Assembly: GCA_050084515.1 (NCBI GenBank)
Contig: CM114271.1
Coordinates: 16,864,001 to 16,928,000 of the forward strand
Origin: Blasia pusilla
Lineage: Eukaryota
DNA length: 64,000 nt
Direction: 5' to 3'
This document shows positions 1-11,546 of the stretch, piece after piece. The stretch's first letter is position 1. Each line of letters opens with the position of its first letter. The notes under the pieces were generated by a model. The model was not told where the DNA came from and ran no database searches. It saw only the letters and a program-made list of their open reading frames with translations. The translations under genes were made by a program, and so were the position numbers.

Positions 1-459
1 GGAAACCTAGACCAAACGCGAGCCAAGACTTGAGAAGAGTTGAGTCTTGGAAGGTTGGTTGCCAAAGAGGTCAGAACCAATTTTGGAACACAACTAGCGT
101 TTGGGGAATTTGGCTGTGTTTTAGACCATAACATTTAGCCCCAAGATTGGTTCAAGACAAACAAGAGCTCGTTGGAAAGCTTATCTTGAGACGTTTCCAA
201 CGCACTAAAGATCTTAGCAAACACATAAGTACAGACTAAGATATTGGCTGAAAACAACTGTGAGAGCAATCGGGTTGAGGGCCAATTGGAGAGGCCTGGG
301 TATCTTTCCATAAATCTAGGGAACCCCGGAGATCCCCATAAGTACTAGTAAGGAAGGAGTCTCACCAAGATATCTTGGAACATGAATCCCCACTTTGAGC
401 ACCAAATGGCGTCTCAGAGGCACGGGATGAAACGGGAGTTTGGCGTTGGAACTTGTCGT

Positions 460-582
460 ACGCATACACATTGCTCCACAACATACATCGCTGTCACCGA
501 GCACACACACAACCACGCATGATCCCATGCTAACTCATGGCATTCAAACAACGAGACAAGAAGTACCAAAATATTTCCAATA
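460..582 (-). repeat. LTR-end fragment, second copy of ~1108-1228
   Basis: cacacacacaaccacgcatgatcccatgctaactcatggcat...acaacgagacaagaagtaccaaaatat..ccaat occurs at both ~500-580 and ~1150-1228. Confidence 0.75.
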
Positions 583-1107
583 AAATAAGATCAAATCTCT
601 CTCTCAACACTATAGTTCTCACATGTGTGCACTCTCACATGTGTCTCTCAATATCAAACCGAACCCACTCTGCTAATGAGAGGCTTGGGTTACACACACA
701 AGACAAGCAAGACCATAACTCCGCCGCCTCATGCCAAGCGGTTCAACAAAAAAAGAATGAGCTCTTAAGCTCTCTCTCCTTGAGGTATACCCCTCCCCTC
801 TCCCAAGCTCTCTCCATGGTAACCTATGCTCCCAAGTCACCTCCTTGGCTCTTGACCTGATGTAGGAGGTCAAGGGCTAATAACCAAAAATAGAAAGTTG
901 ATCACATACTCAAAATGGTACTTACCTAAAATAGTAAGTTCCTCAATATGGCTCCAAATGAGCCGAAACGAAGGGAAAACCTACTCTCTCAAGTTTCCCG
1001 ATGCCTCGATAGGTCATCCTCAACCTACTGAGCCTGTCCTCCGCTGCTCATGAAGGCGCTTTACTAGATCCCACCGATCTATCCTAAGAGACGTGATAGT
1101 TATCGTG

Positions 1108-1240
1108 CGCATACACATCGCTATACAACATACATTGCTATCATCGAACACACACACAACCACGCATGATCCCATGCTAACTCATGGCATCCAGACAACG
1201 AGACAAGAAGTACCAAAATATCTCCAATCGCCCCCCTAGC
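1108..1240 (-). repeat. Start of 3' LTR plus polypurine tract (minus strand ctaggggggcgattgg)
   Basis: Lies just downstream of INT-PHD; the same PPT/LTR junction recurs in the second family copy at ~14535-14550. Confidence 0.7.
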
Positions 1241-1408
1241 TGGTGGTTAGGTCCCTCTAACTCCAGATAGCCATCTATCCCTACCTATCATGACATACAT
1301 CTCTCGGACGCTAAGAGCAAGAAGGCCGGGTGGTCATGTGGCCCCATTGTTAGTCGCCTTCTTATCATCCATGTCATAGACACAAGTCAGAATGTAGAAC
1401 TACCTACT

Positions 1409-1555
1409 CTATGTACATATGTGACACATCCATCGTCCTTGAGGAACCCTAGTGAGAGGTGGCGTCAAACATGCCATATGCCATCCTCACGAACACCCAT
1501 CAAAGACTAGCATAGTGGCTGCACCACGAGCGGAACCACACAACATACATCGCAA
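1409..1555 (-). pseudogene. PHD finger at integrase C-terminus
   Basis: Reading through the TGA gives CMLCGSARGAATMLVFDGCS*GWHMACLTPPLTRVPQGRWMCHIC: C4HC3 pattern (third Cys mutated to Phe) with H..CL.PPL...P.G.W.C..C. Confidence 0.88.
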
Positions 1556-2917
1556 GCCTACACAAACTATTGCTAAGCTCGGATCAACTGTACCGTCAAT
1601 GTTTGGAAGATGACATGGCGCACAGTTACGCACATGGTCCTTCCAAACCATACCATCGTGTCCCTCCAATAAGAGAACACTGGATGGCAAAACCTCATGC
1701 ACTCTCAAGATGGTGCGCCCTGCAGTCACAACCAACGTCGTGGATGCCATCTGCTGCAAGTAGATATAATATCCGTGATGAAACCTCCAGATAGTAGGTC
1801 GATAACCACCTCCACGAATAGTCGCATACCTCAACGTATCCTGATGTTGCACAATCGCCAAGTTTTCAAACGCCATGGGCATCACTCTCCAAAACAACTC
1901 AGCCCTCTCAAAATATGCTCACATCCATACATTAGGGTCATCAAGGTTCAACACCTCACCAGTATCTCGACGAATGGTCGTAGGTAAATTTGGCTCTCGG
2001 CCATAAAGCAACAAGTACGATGAGAAAGACGCCAAGGATGCCTCTATGCTGAATCTGTATCCCATCGCCAACCACAGCAACTCAAAGTCCCAATCTCCTA
2101 GGTGATCTCTCTGCAAGCCATACTTGCGTAGTCCTCTCTTCACCGTCTGCACAACCTGCTCTGCTAGTCCATCCGCCTGAGGATGATCTCGCAAAGTAGT
2201 GCGGTGATCAATCAATGCCTGATCACACAAGGCCTGAAACTCCCTGCGGAACTCTCTACCCTGGTCTGTCAACACCTCAACTGGTGCGCCGTAATGACTC
2301 AACACTCGATCTAGGAAGGCATACGCTACTCCCTCACTCGCTTTGTCAAGAAATGCATCCAACTCTATCCACTTCGAGAAGTGCTCGACCATCACCAACA
2401 CATAACGACTATGGCGCTCCGTCAAAGGCAAAGGTCCTGCAAAATCCAAACTCCATCTATAACCTAAACCCATTATCGGAAGTGGATGCAACTGTGGAGC
2501 TGGAGCATTGAATAATGCTTAGACTCGATCACATACCATGCATCTGGCAACAAACTGTTGAATGTCAGTCTGCATGCGTCGCCACCAATACTGAATCTGG
2601 AGCAAGCTATATGTGTGCTTCACTCCAAAATGACCCAACTCCTCGTGGGCATGACGCACCAAACGTGCTCTCTGCAAAGGATGAGGCACTACACGCACTC
2701 CACCATCCTCCCACACTTGCAACATATGTGTACCCTCCCAACGGAACCGTCTGGCTCGCTGTAGGATCCAATCCCGCTCTCTAGCACCCACTGTGCTTGC
2801 GACGCTACCGGTACACAGGTAAGGCAAGACCACTCCATCGTCGTGAATGTCTTGGCCACCTGTCGTCTCCTCATTGGCCTCTGGATCTAAGGACTCTCCA
2901 TCAGACCTCGCCATCAA
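1556..2917 (-). pseudogene. Gypsy integrase (HHCC zinc-binding domain, DDE core, C-terminal region)
   Basis: HAHEELGHFG...CMVC; WSLDFAGP, VLTDQGREF, HPQADGLAE. Confidence 0.93.
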
Positions 2918-3028
2918 AGTCTAGCAATGTGGCTCTCCATAGCCCAACAAGCCCAAATAGGCTTACGCATGCCATCATGAAACCAACTCCTCATCACTCT
3001 CACCATGCCAACGAGCTCCAGTCGCATC

Positions 3029-3720
3029 TCACTGACTCGAGCATGGGTTACATCTCAAACCATCTGCATCCTGGTTGAGCATCCCAGGTCTATGCACCAC
3101 CTGGAAGTCATACTCTTGCAATAAAAGAGCCCACCTTGCAAGCTTCCCTATAAGCTTGTCGGACTCTATCAACCACTTTAGTGGCTGATGATAAGTAATG
3201 ATGGTAAAGGGATTGCCGAATAGATAACATGTGAAATGTGCGACAGCCCACACTACAGCCAAGCACTCACCCTCATAAGAGCTATACTTTGCCTCTGCAG
3301 CATTGTTCGAGCGACTAGCATAAGCCACCATGAACTCTCTACAATCATTCTCATGCTGGATGAGCACGGGTCCAAGCCCCAACATGCTCCAATTGGTATG
3401 CAACTGGAAAGGACGACCCCTGATCGGTCTCCTCAATATGGGCACAGATGTCAATCTCTCCTTGAGCATCTGAAATGCTCTCTCTTGCTCATGCCCCTAG
3501 TACCACTCCTGATCCACCTTGGTCATCAAGGTTAGCGGCTTTGCAATCAAACTGTAACCCTTGACGTACCGTCGATAGAAGCTCGCCAATCCCATGAATG
3601 CACGAACTCGACTCACATCTGTAGGGCGTGGAATGCGTGAAATAGCCTCTACCTTCATTTGTTGCACACCAAGGCCCCTAGGGTATATCGTATGACCCAA
3701 GTACTCAATCCAGTCGTAAA
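3029..3720 (-). pseudogene. RT connection domain and RNase H
   Basis: VRAFMGLASFYRRYVKGYSLIAKPLT; PFQLHTNWS, VAYASR, YSSYEGECLAVVWAV, LARWALLLQEYDF. Confidence 0.93.
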
Positions 3721-4400
3721 AGAACTTGCACTTGCCTCGTTATAGCTTCAGCCCATGTAACTGCAATTATCGAAACATCTCCTCTAGATGTCGCTCATGC
3801 TCCTCAACTGTGACGCTAAAGACTACGATGTCATCAACATAACACCTAGCAAAATCCAAACCTGCCAAGATCTTATCCATGACCCTCTGAAACTCAGCCG
3901 GGGCGTTCTTTAACCCAAATGGTAAGAACCGCCACAGGTACAAACAATCCTTCCCGTGAGGATTGATGCCCCAAAATTCCATCTTCTGCCTGTCCTCTAA
4001 TCTGATAGGCAGTTGAGGGTATCCGACTCGCAAATCCAATGAACTGAAGTCCTTTGCATGCCCAATCGCATCAAAGATCTCATCAGGGGTGGGCATGGCA
4101 TACCTATCGGCCTTTGTCTGCCGATTGATAGGTTGGTAATCTCCACACATTCGCCTATCCGTCTAGTTGCCATGCACATCCTTCTTGGCGGGCATGATAG
4201 TGGCAGATGCATACTCTCCATGCGACATCTCCACTAGTCCTGCGCCAACCAAGTCCTGGCTCCTACTCTGAATCAGAGCCCTCTCCATATCACTATACCT
4301 CTAGGGTCGTCGGGAGATCGGCGTGTCACTTGACAGCTCAATGTGGATCCTTGGACCCTTAAGCATACCCAAATCATGCATACTAAATGCAAAACAACTC
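3721..4400 (-). pseudogene. Reverse transcriptase
   Basis: MCGDYQPIN, FSSLDLRVGY, LPFGLKNAPAEFQRVM, CYVDDIVVFS. Confidence 0.95.
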
Positions 4401-4794
4401 CTATAACTCCTAAGGAACTGGTGTATCCGACGCCGCTCTCCTCCTATCAGCTTAGGGTCCATATCTGGCTCCTAAGTCTCCATCGTGACTACGATAGGAC
4501 TCTCCAGCACGGATGTTAGTGGTTGTTATGCTGTAACCCCGTCTCGGACTATAGAACTCCCATCTCCACGTGCAGTACCCGAAACCACGCTCGATGGTGT
4601 GGCTATTATCTCCTGGCGTACCTGCAAAACATCCCAAAAAGGCCAAGGTTGTCTCTCCCGACCAACCCTGGTGTGTTGATCTCCTCCGGTCTCGCCCCTT
4701 GCCACTACCTCAATCGTCTCCGTAGGCATAGGGCTCACCAACGCAACAACTGTGATCTCTCGCATCCTCAAACGATGTTGCTCAGCTACTCCTA

Positions 4795-5758
4795 AGCTGA
4801 AAATCCATGTCAAGCAATTCTGGTCCATCGCCTGATCCAAGAGATGACGTCGTGATGCTACCGATAGTGACGGTATTGCCATCACTCTTGTGGGGAATCC
4901 CATCGCTCGCTCTCACACATCGGCGTTGGGCTCCTCCAACCTCTGTACCTGGTCATTCCAAACCAAGCCAGGTCCGGCCTCCTTGAATGCATAAGAAGCG
5001 GGAAAACTCACCAATGTGGGAAAGGCGGCTTGTGGCATGCCAATCCTGTTGACCACAATCAACGGCGGTCGATCATCTTGCCTCACTGCCTATGATCGAC
5101 GGCCTGGATCCAATATAGAATCCACCAACAAATCGGAGGGACACTCCACTCTCGCATAAGCCCACCGCAATACCTCATGTGGTACCAAGTTGGTCCACCA
5201 AAGACACGGGCGATGTGCTCGTGAATCCACACTCGCTGCATCTAACAACACTACCAGGCCGATCCATGCGCGCACCTGATGTGCACTCATCACCACACGG
5301 GACCTCGAATCATCCAAAATTGGCACATTCTCCAAAATGTATGCTCGAGAACGAGATTGATGCACATGTAAATGTCGCAAGATCCGCATCATCTCCCAAA
5401 ACAACCTGGACTGAGTGTTAGCTAACCCCCTACCTTGTCCAACACTCGATTGGCCCTGACACGGCCAACCAGCAATGACCAAGTCTATGGTCTCTACCCT
5501 CTCCAAGTCCTGCGCCCCCAAGAATGAAATGTCCCTCGGTAGGGAACTCTCATAACCCTGAATGGCAGACGCAGACAACAAGTCGGGAAAACAGAGGCGT
5601 AATAGCGCCACATGGTGAAGTGAAGCGCGCCTCACAACATCATCAATCTCCACATATAGGTACTGTTGTACGCGCACTCTAGCGTGCAAAAAAGCAGCTA
5701 ACCCACTGCTAATCCCTCCAAAGAGATCCAACACCCAAATACCCATCTCGAGATGCAC
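4795..5758 (-). pseudogene. DNMT3-like DNA (cytosine-5)-methyltransferase catalytic domain embedded in the retrotransposon pol region
   Basis: Motif I VLDLFGGI, II YVEID, IV DLVIAGWPCQG, VI ILENV, VIII AHRPCLWWTN. The same frame continues past two stops to IX ERAMGFP and X RRHLLDQAMD (ORFs 5090-5758 and 4526-4903 are in frame). Confidence 0.92.
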
Positions 5759-6119
5759 TACACAATTGGGGTAGTGTTCAAAGGGACCATAGAAGAAATC
5801 CTGCCTACCTGGGATTCCTCTGACCCGTCACACTCTAGTGCAAATTTCTTGCTCCACGCGATCTGCACATGCTAAGTGGCTAAGCGTGAAAGCTCCTCAC
5901 TCGAGCCCCAAAGCGGCACCTCTCCTCCACGAACTGATGCGGCTACCATGACTTTTCTCTCCATAGAAATCTCAAGAACGGGAGTATCCTCTGCATGGAC
6001 ATGTCCCTCAATCAAATCACTAGGCCAAGTGATGGCACTAGTAAATGCTGCTAAGGTCGCCATCTCTTCTGGCCATTGCTCGATCACTGCACATGTGAAT
6101 CGAACGGGAAATGAGCTAA

Positions 6120-6591
6120 GGCGCCCATCACCTAACTGTCATCTTCGTCTGTAGGACGTTGACTCCTCCCAGTAATCCAGAGAAAACCCCATCAGGTAAA
6201 ACACTACTCCACCAACCAAGACGTCGTAGGACTCTGCATGAGTCACTATCACCTTGGCTCGCACCACGGACTCATCTGTAGGATGTCCCGGGCGAATCCT
6301 TGCCACAACCTCCTGTCGGGTGATATACTATGTGGTACTCGCTACACCCAAGGATGTCTATATCCAGAATGGACAACGCTCCACATTGGCTCTCGTTAAG
6401 CCCAATCCTCGGAATGACGCTTTCCCCAACATCAGGGGTTGTGCTCCTGAATCCAACAAGACGTGTTGCGGACTAAAAGCTCTACCTCCGCGACTTATCA
6501 ACTGGAAGACCTCTTTCTGGTTATTTAGCAACACAACACCAAGAGAAACCATGGCACACTCTATTGCGGGTCTAGCGGCCATCTCCGCCAT
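6120..6591 (-). pseudogene. Retroviral-type aspartic protease
   Basis: HVLLDSGAQPLMLG catalytic D(S)G motif; a YDVLVG-like C-terminal motif near 6200-6230. Confidence 0.82.
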
Positions 6592-7109
6592 CCTAGCAGC
6601 CGCAACCTACCATGAATCTGACGTGGATGGCCTGAGCATCCGCTCCAAGGGCAGGTCCATCACATCCCCTGCAATCACCTTTGAACGTGATGCAAGAACT
6701 CCAACTCCATGCTCACATAGCGTATCGGCCAGCCAAAAAACCTTGACGGGCGTACCTCCCAACGTCATAACATCGGAAGTATAAAATAAAGGAGCACGGT
6801 ACACATCGGTGGCCGACCCCAACAACGTGCTTGACACATGCCCCTCCTGAGCATCAGCAATAGGAGTTGTCGCACTCGCTTCTCCCATCGCCCTCCATGC
6901 TTGCACACCAACAACATCACCAACTCTCCAGGAACTCTGATCAAGACCCATCGAGGGGGTCCTCATCGCCTCACACAACGTGAAAGACTGAGGAAGCCTT
7001 GTCTGTTTCCTGGCTTCCCCTTGCTATGGATCCCACTCTGAAGCAACAAGTAATAGTAGGCAGCTGCTCCTGAGGTGCCTACTATTACACTGGTGATGCA
7101 ATCACGATT

Positions 7110-8345
7110 TCTTGCATCACCAGTGCAGCAATGTGGACTCCGAGATAGGTGTGTGGCACCACGAGCTCAAGGAGGATACCGAGAGGCCGTGCCATAGAGA
7201 CCTGTGCCTTCATATGCGGCTCAGGAGCAATCGTCTTCGATTATTTGTTGGGCATGTGGTGGAGTTCATCACCAGTGCTATTGCACTCGTCAAGGTCATG
7301 GACGCGGGCCTCAGCATGGAGAAGGAGATGGTGTTGCACCAAGACTTTATCATTGTGATTATTTTTAGAGATACAATCACTCACGCGCCAGGTGTTTCAG
7401 CCTACACCCTGAGTTACGTCCGGACCGAGGGCTAGAGAGGGCACCAAAGCAAGTTGCCAGTCCGGGTGGGCCTAGTGGTCGTGCACTAGGTGGTCCCATT
7501 GGGGGACGAGGAGCTGGATTTGCCTGAGGAGGTGGTGGAGTTTCCCGTGGAGAAGATAGAGTTCCACCACCTAGATGCGTCGAGGGAGACACCCAGCGTG
7601 AGGCTGGGATGGCTACTCAGATACAACTACTATAGCAGCAGATTTCCGCTATGGCTTTGAGGTTAGCCGATGCCGGAGCCATGGCATCAACGGCTTATGG
7701 AGCTGTGAGAGATATGGAGGATATTGGATGGATGTGCGCGACTGTCTAGTTGGAGGCAATTGTTGTTGTTACACGTGGAACTGCTGTGGAGTTGGATCCA
7801 CAGGGGGGGGGAGCCAAGAAAAAAACCATGCTTCCTTAGTCTTTCACGTTGTCCGAGGCAATGAGGACCCCATCAATGGGTCCTGAGTAGAGTTCCCAGA
7901 GAGTTGATGGTGTTGGTGTGCAGGCACGGAGAATGATGGGAGAAGCGAGTGCGACGACTCCTATTGTTGATGCTTGGGAGGAGCATGTGTCAAGTACGAT
8001 GTTGGGGGCGGCCATAATGGTGTACGGTGCTTTGCTTTTTTTTGCTTCCGATGTTAGGACGTTGGGAGGTACGGGCCGCCGAGGCTTTCCGTCTGGCCAC
8101 TACGTTATGTGAGCGTGGAGATGGAGTTCTTACATCACGTTCACAGGTGATTGCATAGGAGATGATGGACATGCCCTTAGAGCCGATGCTCGGGCCGTTC
8201 ACTTGAGATTCATGACAGGTTGCGGCTACTAGGATGGTGGAGATGCCCGCTAGACCCGCGATAGAGCGTGTCATGGCTTCTCGTGGTGTTGTGTTGCTAG
8301 ATAACTGGGGAGAGGTCTTTCAGTTGGTGAGCCCAGGAGATAGAA
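7110..8345 (+). mobile_element. Opposite-orientation fragment of the same Gypsy family (gag zinc knuckle to just before protease)
   Basis: HCDYF*RYNHSRARCFSLHPEL degenerate CCHC knuckle at ~7351-7420; 7790-8345 aligns with the reverse complement of ~6480-7040. Confidence 0.8.
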
Positions 8346-11300
8346 GGATTATTATGATGAGAGAAAAATTTGGTGCTTAGTGGGGCAAGCATTGAGCTTC
8401 TATTGATTTGCTAGATAGGCCTGTATCTATTTCTGGTTAAATAGGTTGCTTATGTTAGTTTTTGTTTAATAAACTCACAAGTAACAACAAATCTCAATTC
8501 ACATATCATGCATCTATGTATTAGATCCTATTGATAAGCAAACAATGAATGACTGAATGTACATGATAACATTTTGAATATTTTAAGATGTACATACACG
8601 TATTAAGCATAATTTTGAGTTACATTTTTTTTTGAGTGAGCATTTTTATGCATTGATTGTTACAAGTAGTGATTGTATGGAGTAGGCTAGGAGGCCCATA
8701 GATAGGCATAATGATTTTATACTCATTTAAGATTCAATTCAATATGGAGTTGGTTGTTGTGGGTGTAGGGGGTAGACTAGGGGGGTGATGGATTGGAATA
8801 ATAATTTTATACTCATTCAAGGGTTCAATTACCCTACATCATAGAGTAGTTTGTTGTAACTAATAGTCGACATTGTGACCTATACCCTATTCATGACCAT
8901 ACTTGCTAGAAATAGGAGCTTCTCTTTCCAAGGGTCTTTCTATTATTGTACAATCTTTACTTGAAAAATTTTAGGGATCCAAATTTATGGATTTGGGACA
9001 TTTTGAAATTAGGAAATGGGGGAAAACTTTTTTGGAGTCTTGGAAACAAGTTTTAGGGTCCATACGCTAACAATTTGCATGTGATGTATAGGTGTACATA
9101 TAGTGACCTCCCATTCACCACCAACCCTCCATATAACCACTCACCTCATTGTCCGTTCATGCCTAATCAGCCACTAATGTTCATATAAGATCCCTTTCAA
9201 ATTATTAATTGCAGAATTTGTTGAAGTGATTTTTTCGACCATTTTCTATTTCATTTGGCGTTTACAAACAACTCTCTCCTATATTCAACCAACCATTCTT
9301 CACTTGCAATTTGTTGAGAGCAACTTCTTCTCCTCACATAGGGGCCACTCCCACTCATTTCTACATTCTTTTTCTTTCATGTGATTTTTTTTAATTCTTT
9401 TGAAATTTGGTTTTAATAATAAATGAATGCTATATCTAACTTTAGCAATAAACGTTCCACTTTAAATGCATTTAGCATTTCTAATTCGAAGTATGGGGAG
9501 TTTTTTCGTGACAACCGGAACATTTCATTCCAACCGGCTAAACAGATACGAATACAAAGGACACCCTCCTTGAACCCTCGGTTTTTGGCCGGTAAGTGAC
9601 TACCTGAATCAGAAATTCTCAAATTCTTCCGGCGAGCTCAACAAGTAACCCCGGACATTGCATGTGGGTGATACTTTCCATAAAGAAGAAGAAATTTTCA
9701 CACAAAAGACTTGAAAGTGTGATTCCACAAAGTCCACCCGGCTGCCTTTCTAGAACTTCAAAACTTTGTCTCTTCCTTGCGACGCATGTCGGTGGAGGCG
9801 CTTGTAACCATGAGAAGACAGTGTCAGATGCATTCTTGTAATGTTACGGATCACTCATTCGTCAGGAGCCGGTGTCCACTCATGGTCAGACGGGACAGCT
9901 CAATCGTCATCTATATGTTGGTCCTCAACAGTTCGACTCAACACAACACATGTGGGGCGCTACCTCCAATTTACATGTGTCATAATTCACGCCAGTGCAT
10001 AAACACGGGTGAAAATCACCCCAGAAAAAAAGTTAGGCTCAATTTACACGTGCCATCACGGGAGGATGGCATCTTCAAACCCCGTCCTCTTTTATTTTAA
10101 TCATATGGATTGTTAATCTCTACACGCTTTGCACCTACTGACGTGTAGAGCGTTCGCTGTTGGGTTGGGGGTGTGTGTGTGGGTGGGGGGGGGAATGAGT
10201 TTCCGCTCCCGACTACAGGTCCTGGCCGTTGCTGCCGGGGCTGGATTGTGGAGTTTAGGCTCCAGGATAGGAACTTACAGCATATGATTCCGGTGCAGAG
10301 CGTTCGCTGTTCGAGCGAACTCCAATCGGGTCTCGCGAGAAATCGAATCCAGTTTTCCGCGCGTGCTATCGCTTGGTGTAAGCAAATGGTATGGCGAGAA
10401 CGGGCTGAAGGGAATACTGTGTTGGAGCGACAGTCAATTCTCGGTTCCGAGTGCTTGTGACATCAACCAATCAATAATCATGACTACACCCGTCCGTCGC
10501 TCTCTCGTGAGGTAAGCTGCTATGCTACAATATTTCCCGAGCTTTTAGGTTCTTGGAAACTGGGATTTGCAAGGACGCTTTGGCTTGATGTAAAAGACGC
10601 GGATGTGGAGTGTGTCTTTGTTGACCCCGTGATCATCATGGGTGCTGTTTTCGGTTCTCTCCATACAACCTAGTCGACTCCATTCTCCGTTCATCATCTG
10701 TGCGAACAATCTTCCCCAATTTTTGTTCCCGTCTGCGAAGTGCTTTTATAAAAGTGGTTGTCAAAGCTCCTTTCATAGGGAAAAAACCACGGCGGTTCTT
10801 TCCTCCTATTCTTGAAACCTGTACAGCAGAAAACGTACAAAGAATGGATTGAAGGGAAATTTCCGTAGCCTGGAGACAAAGGTTCAAACGTATACACAAT
10901 TAGAAATCTGCAGGACGAGTGTACTGGTGACGGAATAACTGCTTTCACATAGGAGCACATAGAGTCACTGGTTCTCCAGACAGGACGTATTCCGAGCGTA
11001 TGATTGAACGATTATGTACCTAAAAGTTTGATAAAATTCCATCAATAGTCAAGTGAGTGCGATCTGCGGTCGAATGGTGTTGGAGAGTGTTTTTCTTACA
11101 TCTTTCGTGCGGAATCAGTACGAGAGGGGCAAGAAGATTGTCACAGACGTCCTAAAAGGCTTCCAACTCACTCTCTCGTGATTCTCCAAAGAATCCAGGG
11201 TCGTCGCAGTTTCAATTTGCAAGATAAGGTCCACTCAGAATCGGACATTTCGTTTGTCTGCAGCGAACAGAAGAAGCTCTTTGCATGGGGTTGAATCATA

Positions 11301-11546
11301 CATAATCTTCCAATATTTGCTGAGGAGCATCCCTGATGAGTAGAGAGAGCCAAAGTCGAAATTTTATCTGCAGAATGACATGTCATTGAACCATTCCAGG
11401 AACTGGATATCAGCGTGTTTCTTCGTAGTGCTCACCACGAGACCTTGCGTTGGAAAACTCTGAAGTTTTTCGCCTTACAAATTCGTGTGCGTAGGGCAAC
11501 TCAAATTTGGAGACAAACAAGGAAACAAGCAGTCGCAGTTCCGGTT

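Larger units (their letters stand above)
1100..7090 (-). mobile_element. Degenerate Ty3/Gypsy LTR retrotransposon, order (gag)-PR-DNMT-RT-RNaseH-INT-PHD-PPT-3'LTR; 5' end truncated
   Basis: Minus-strand ORF fragments in Gypsy order: protease LLDSGA, RT (YQPIN, PFGLKNAPAEFQ, YVDD), RNase H, integrase HHCC and DDE core, then a polypurine tract at ~1229-1240. Many in-frame stops and some frameshifts. Ends approximate. Confidence 0.93.

Noticed and set aside
5090-5758. Host DNMT3/DRM gene or bacterial restriction-modification methylase
   Set aside because: Intronless, collinear inside pol between PR and RT and decayed like its neighbours; no host N-terminal domains or restriction gene
6254-6784. 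176-aa plus-strand ORF
   Set aside because: Antisense shadow of the gag-protease region
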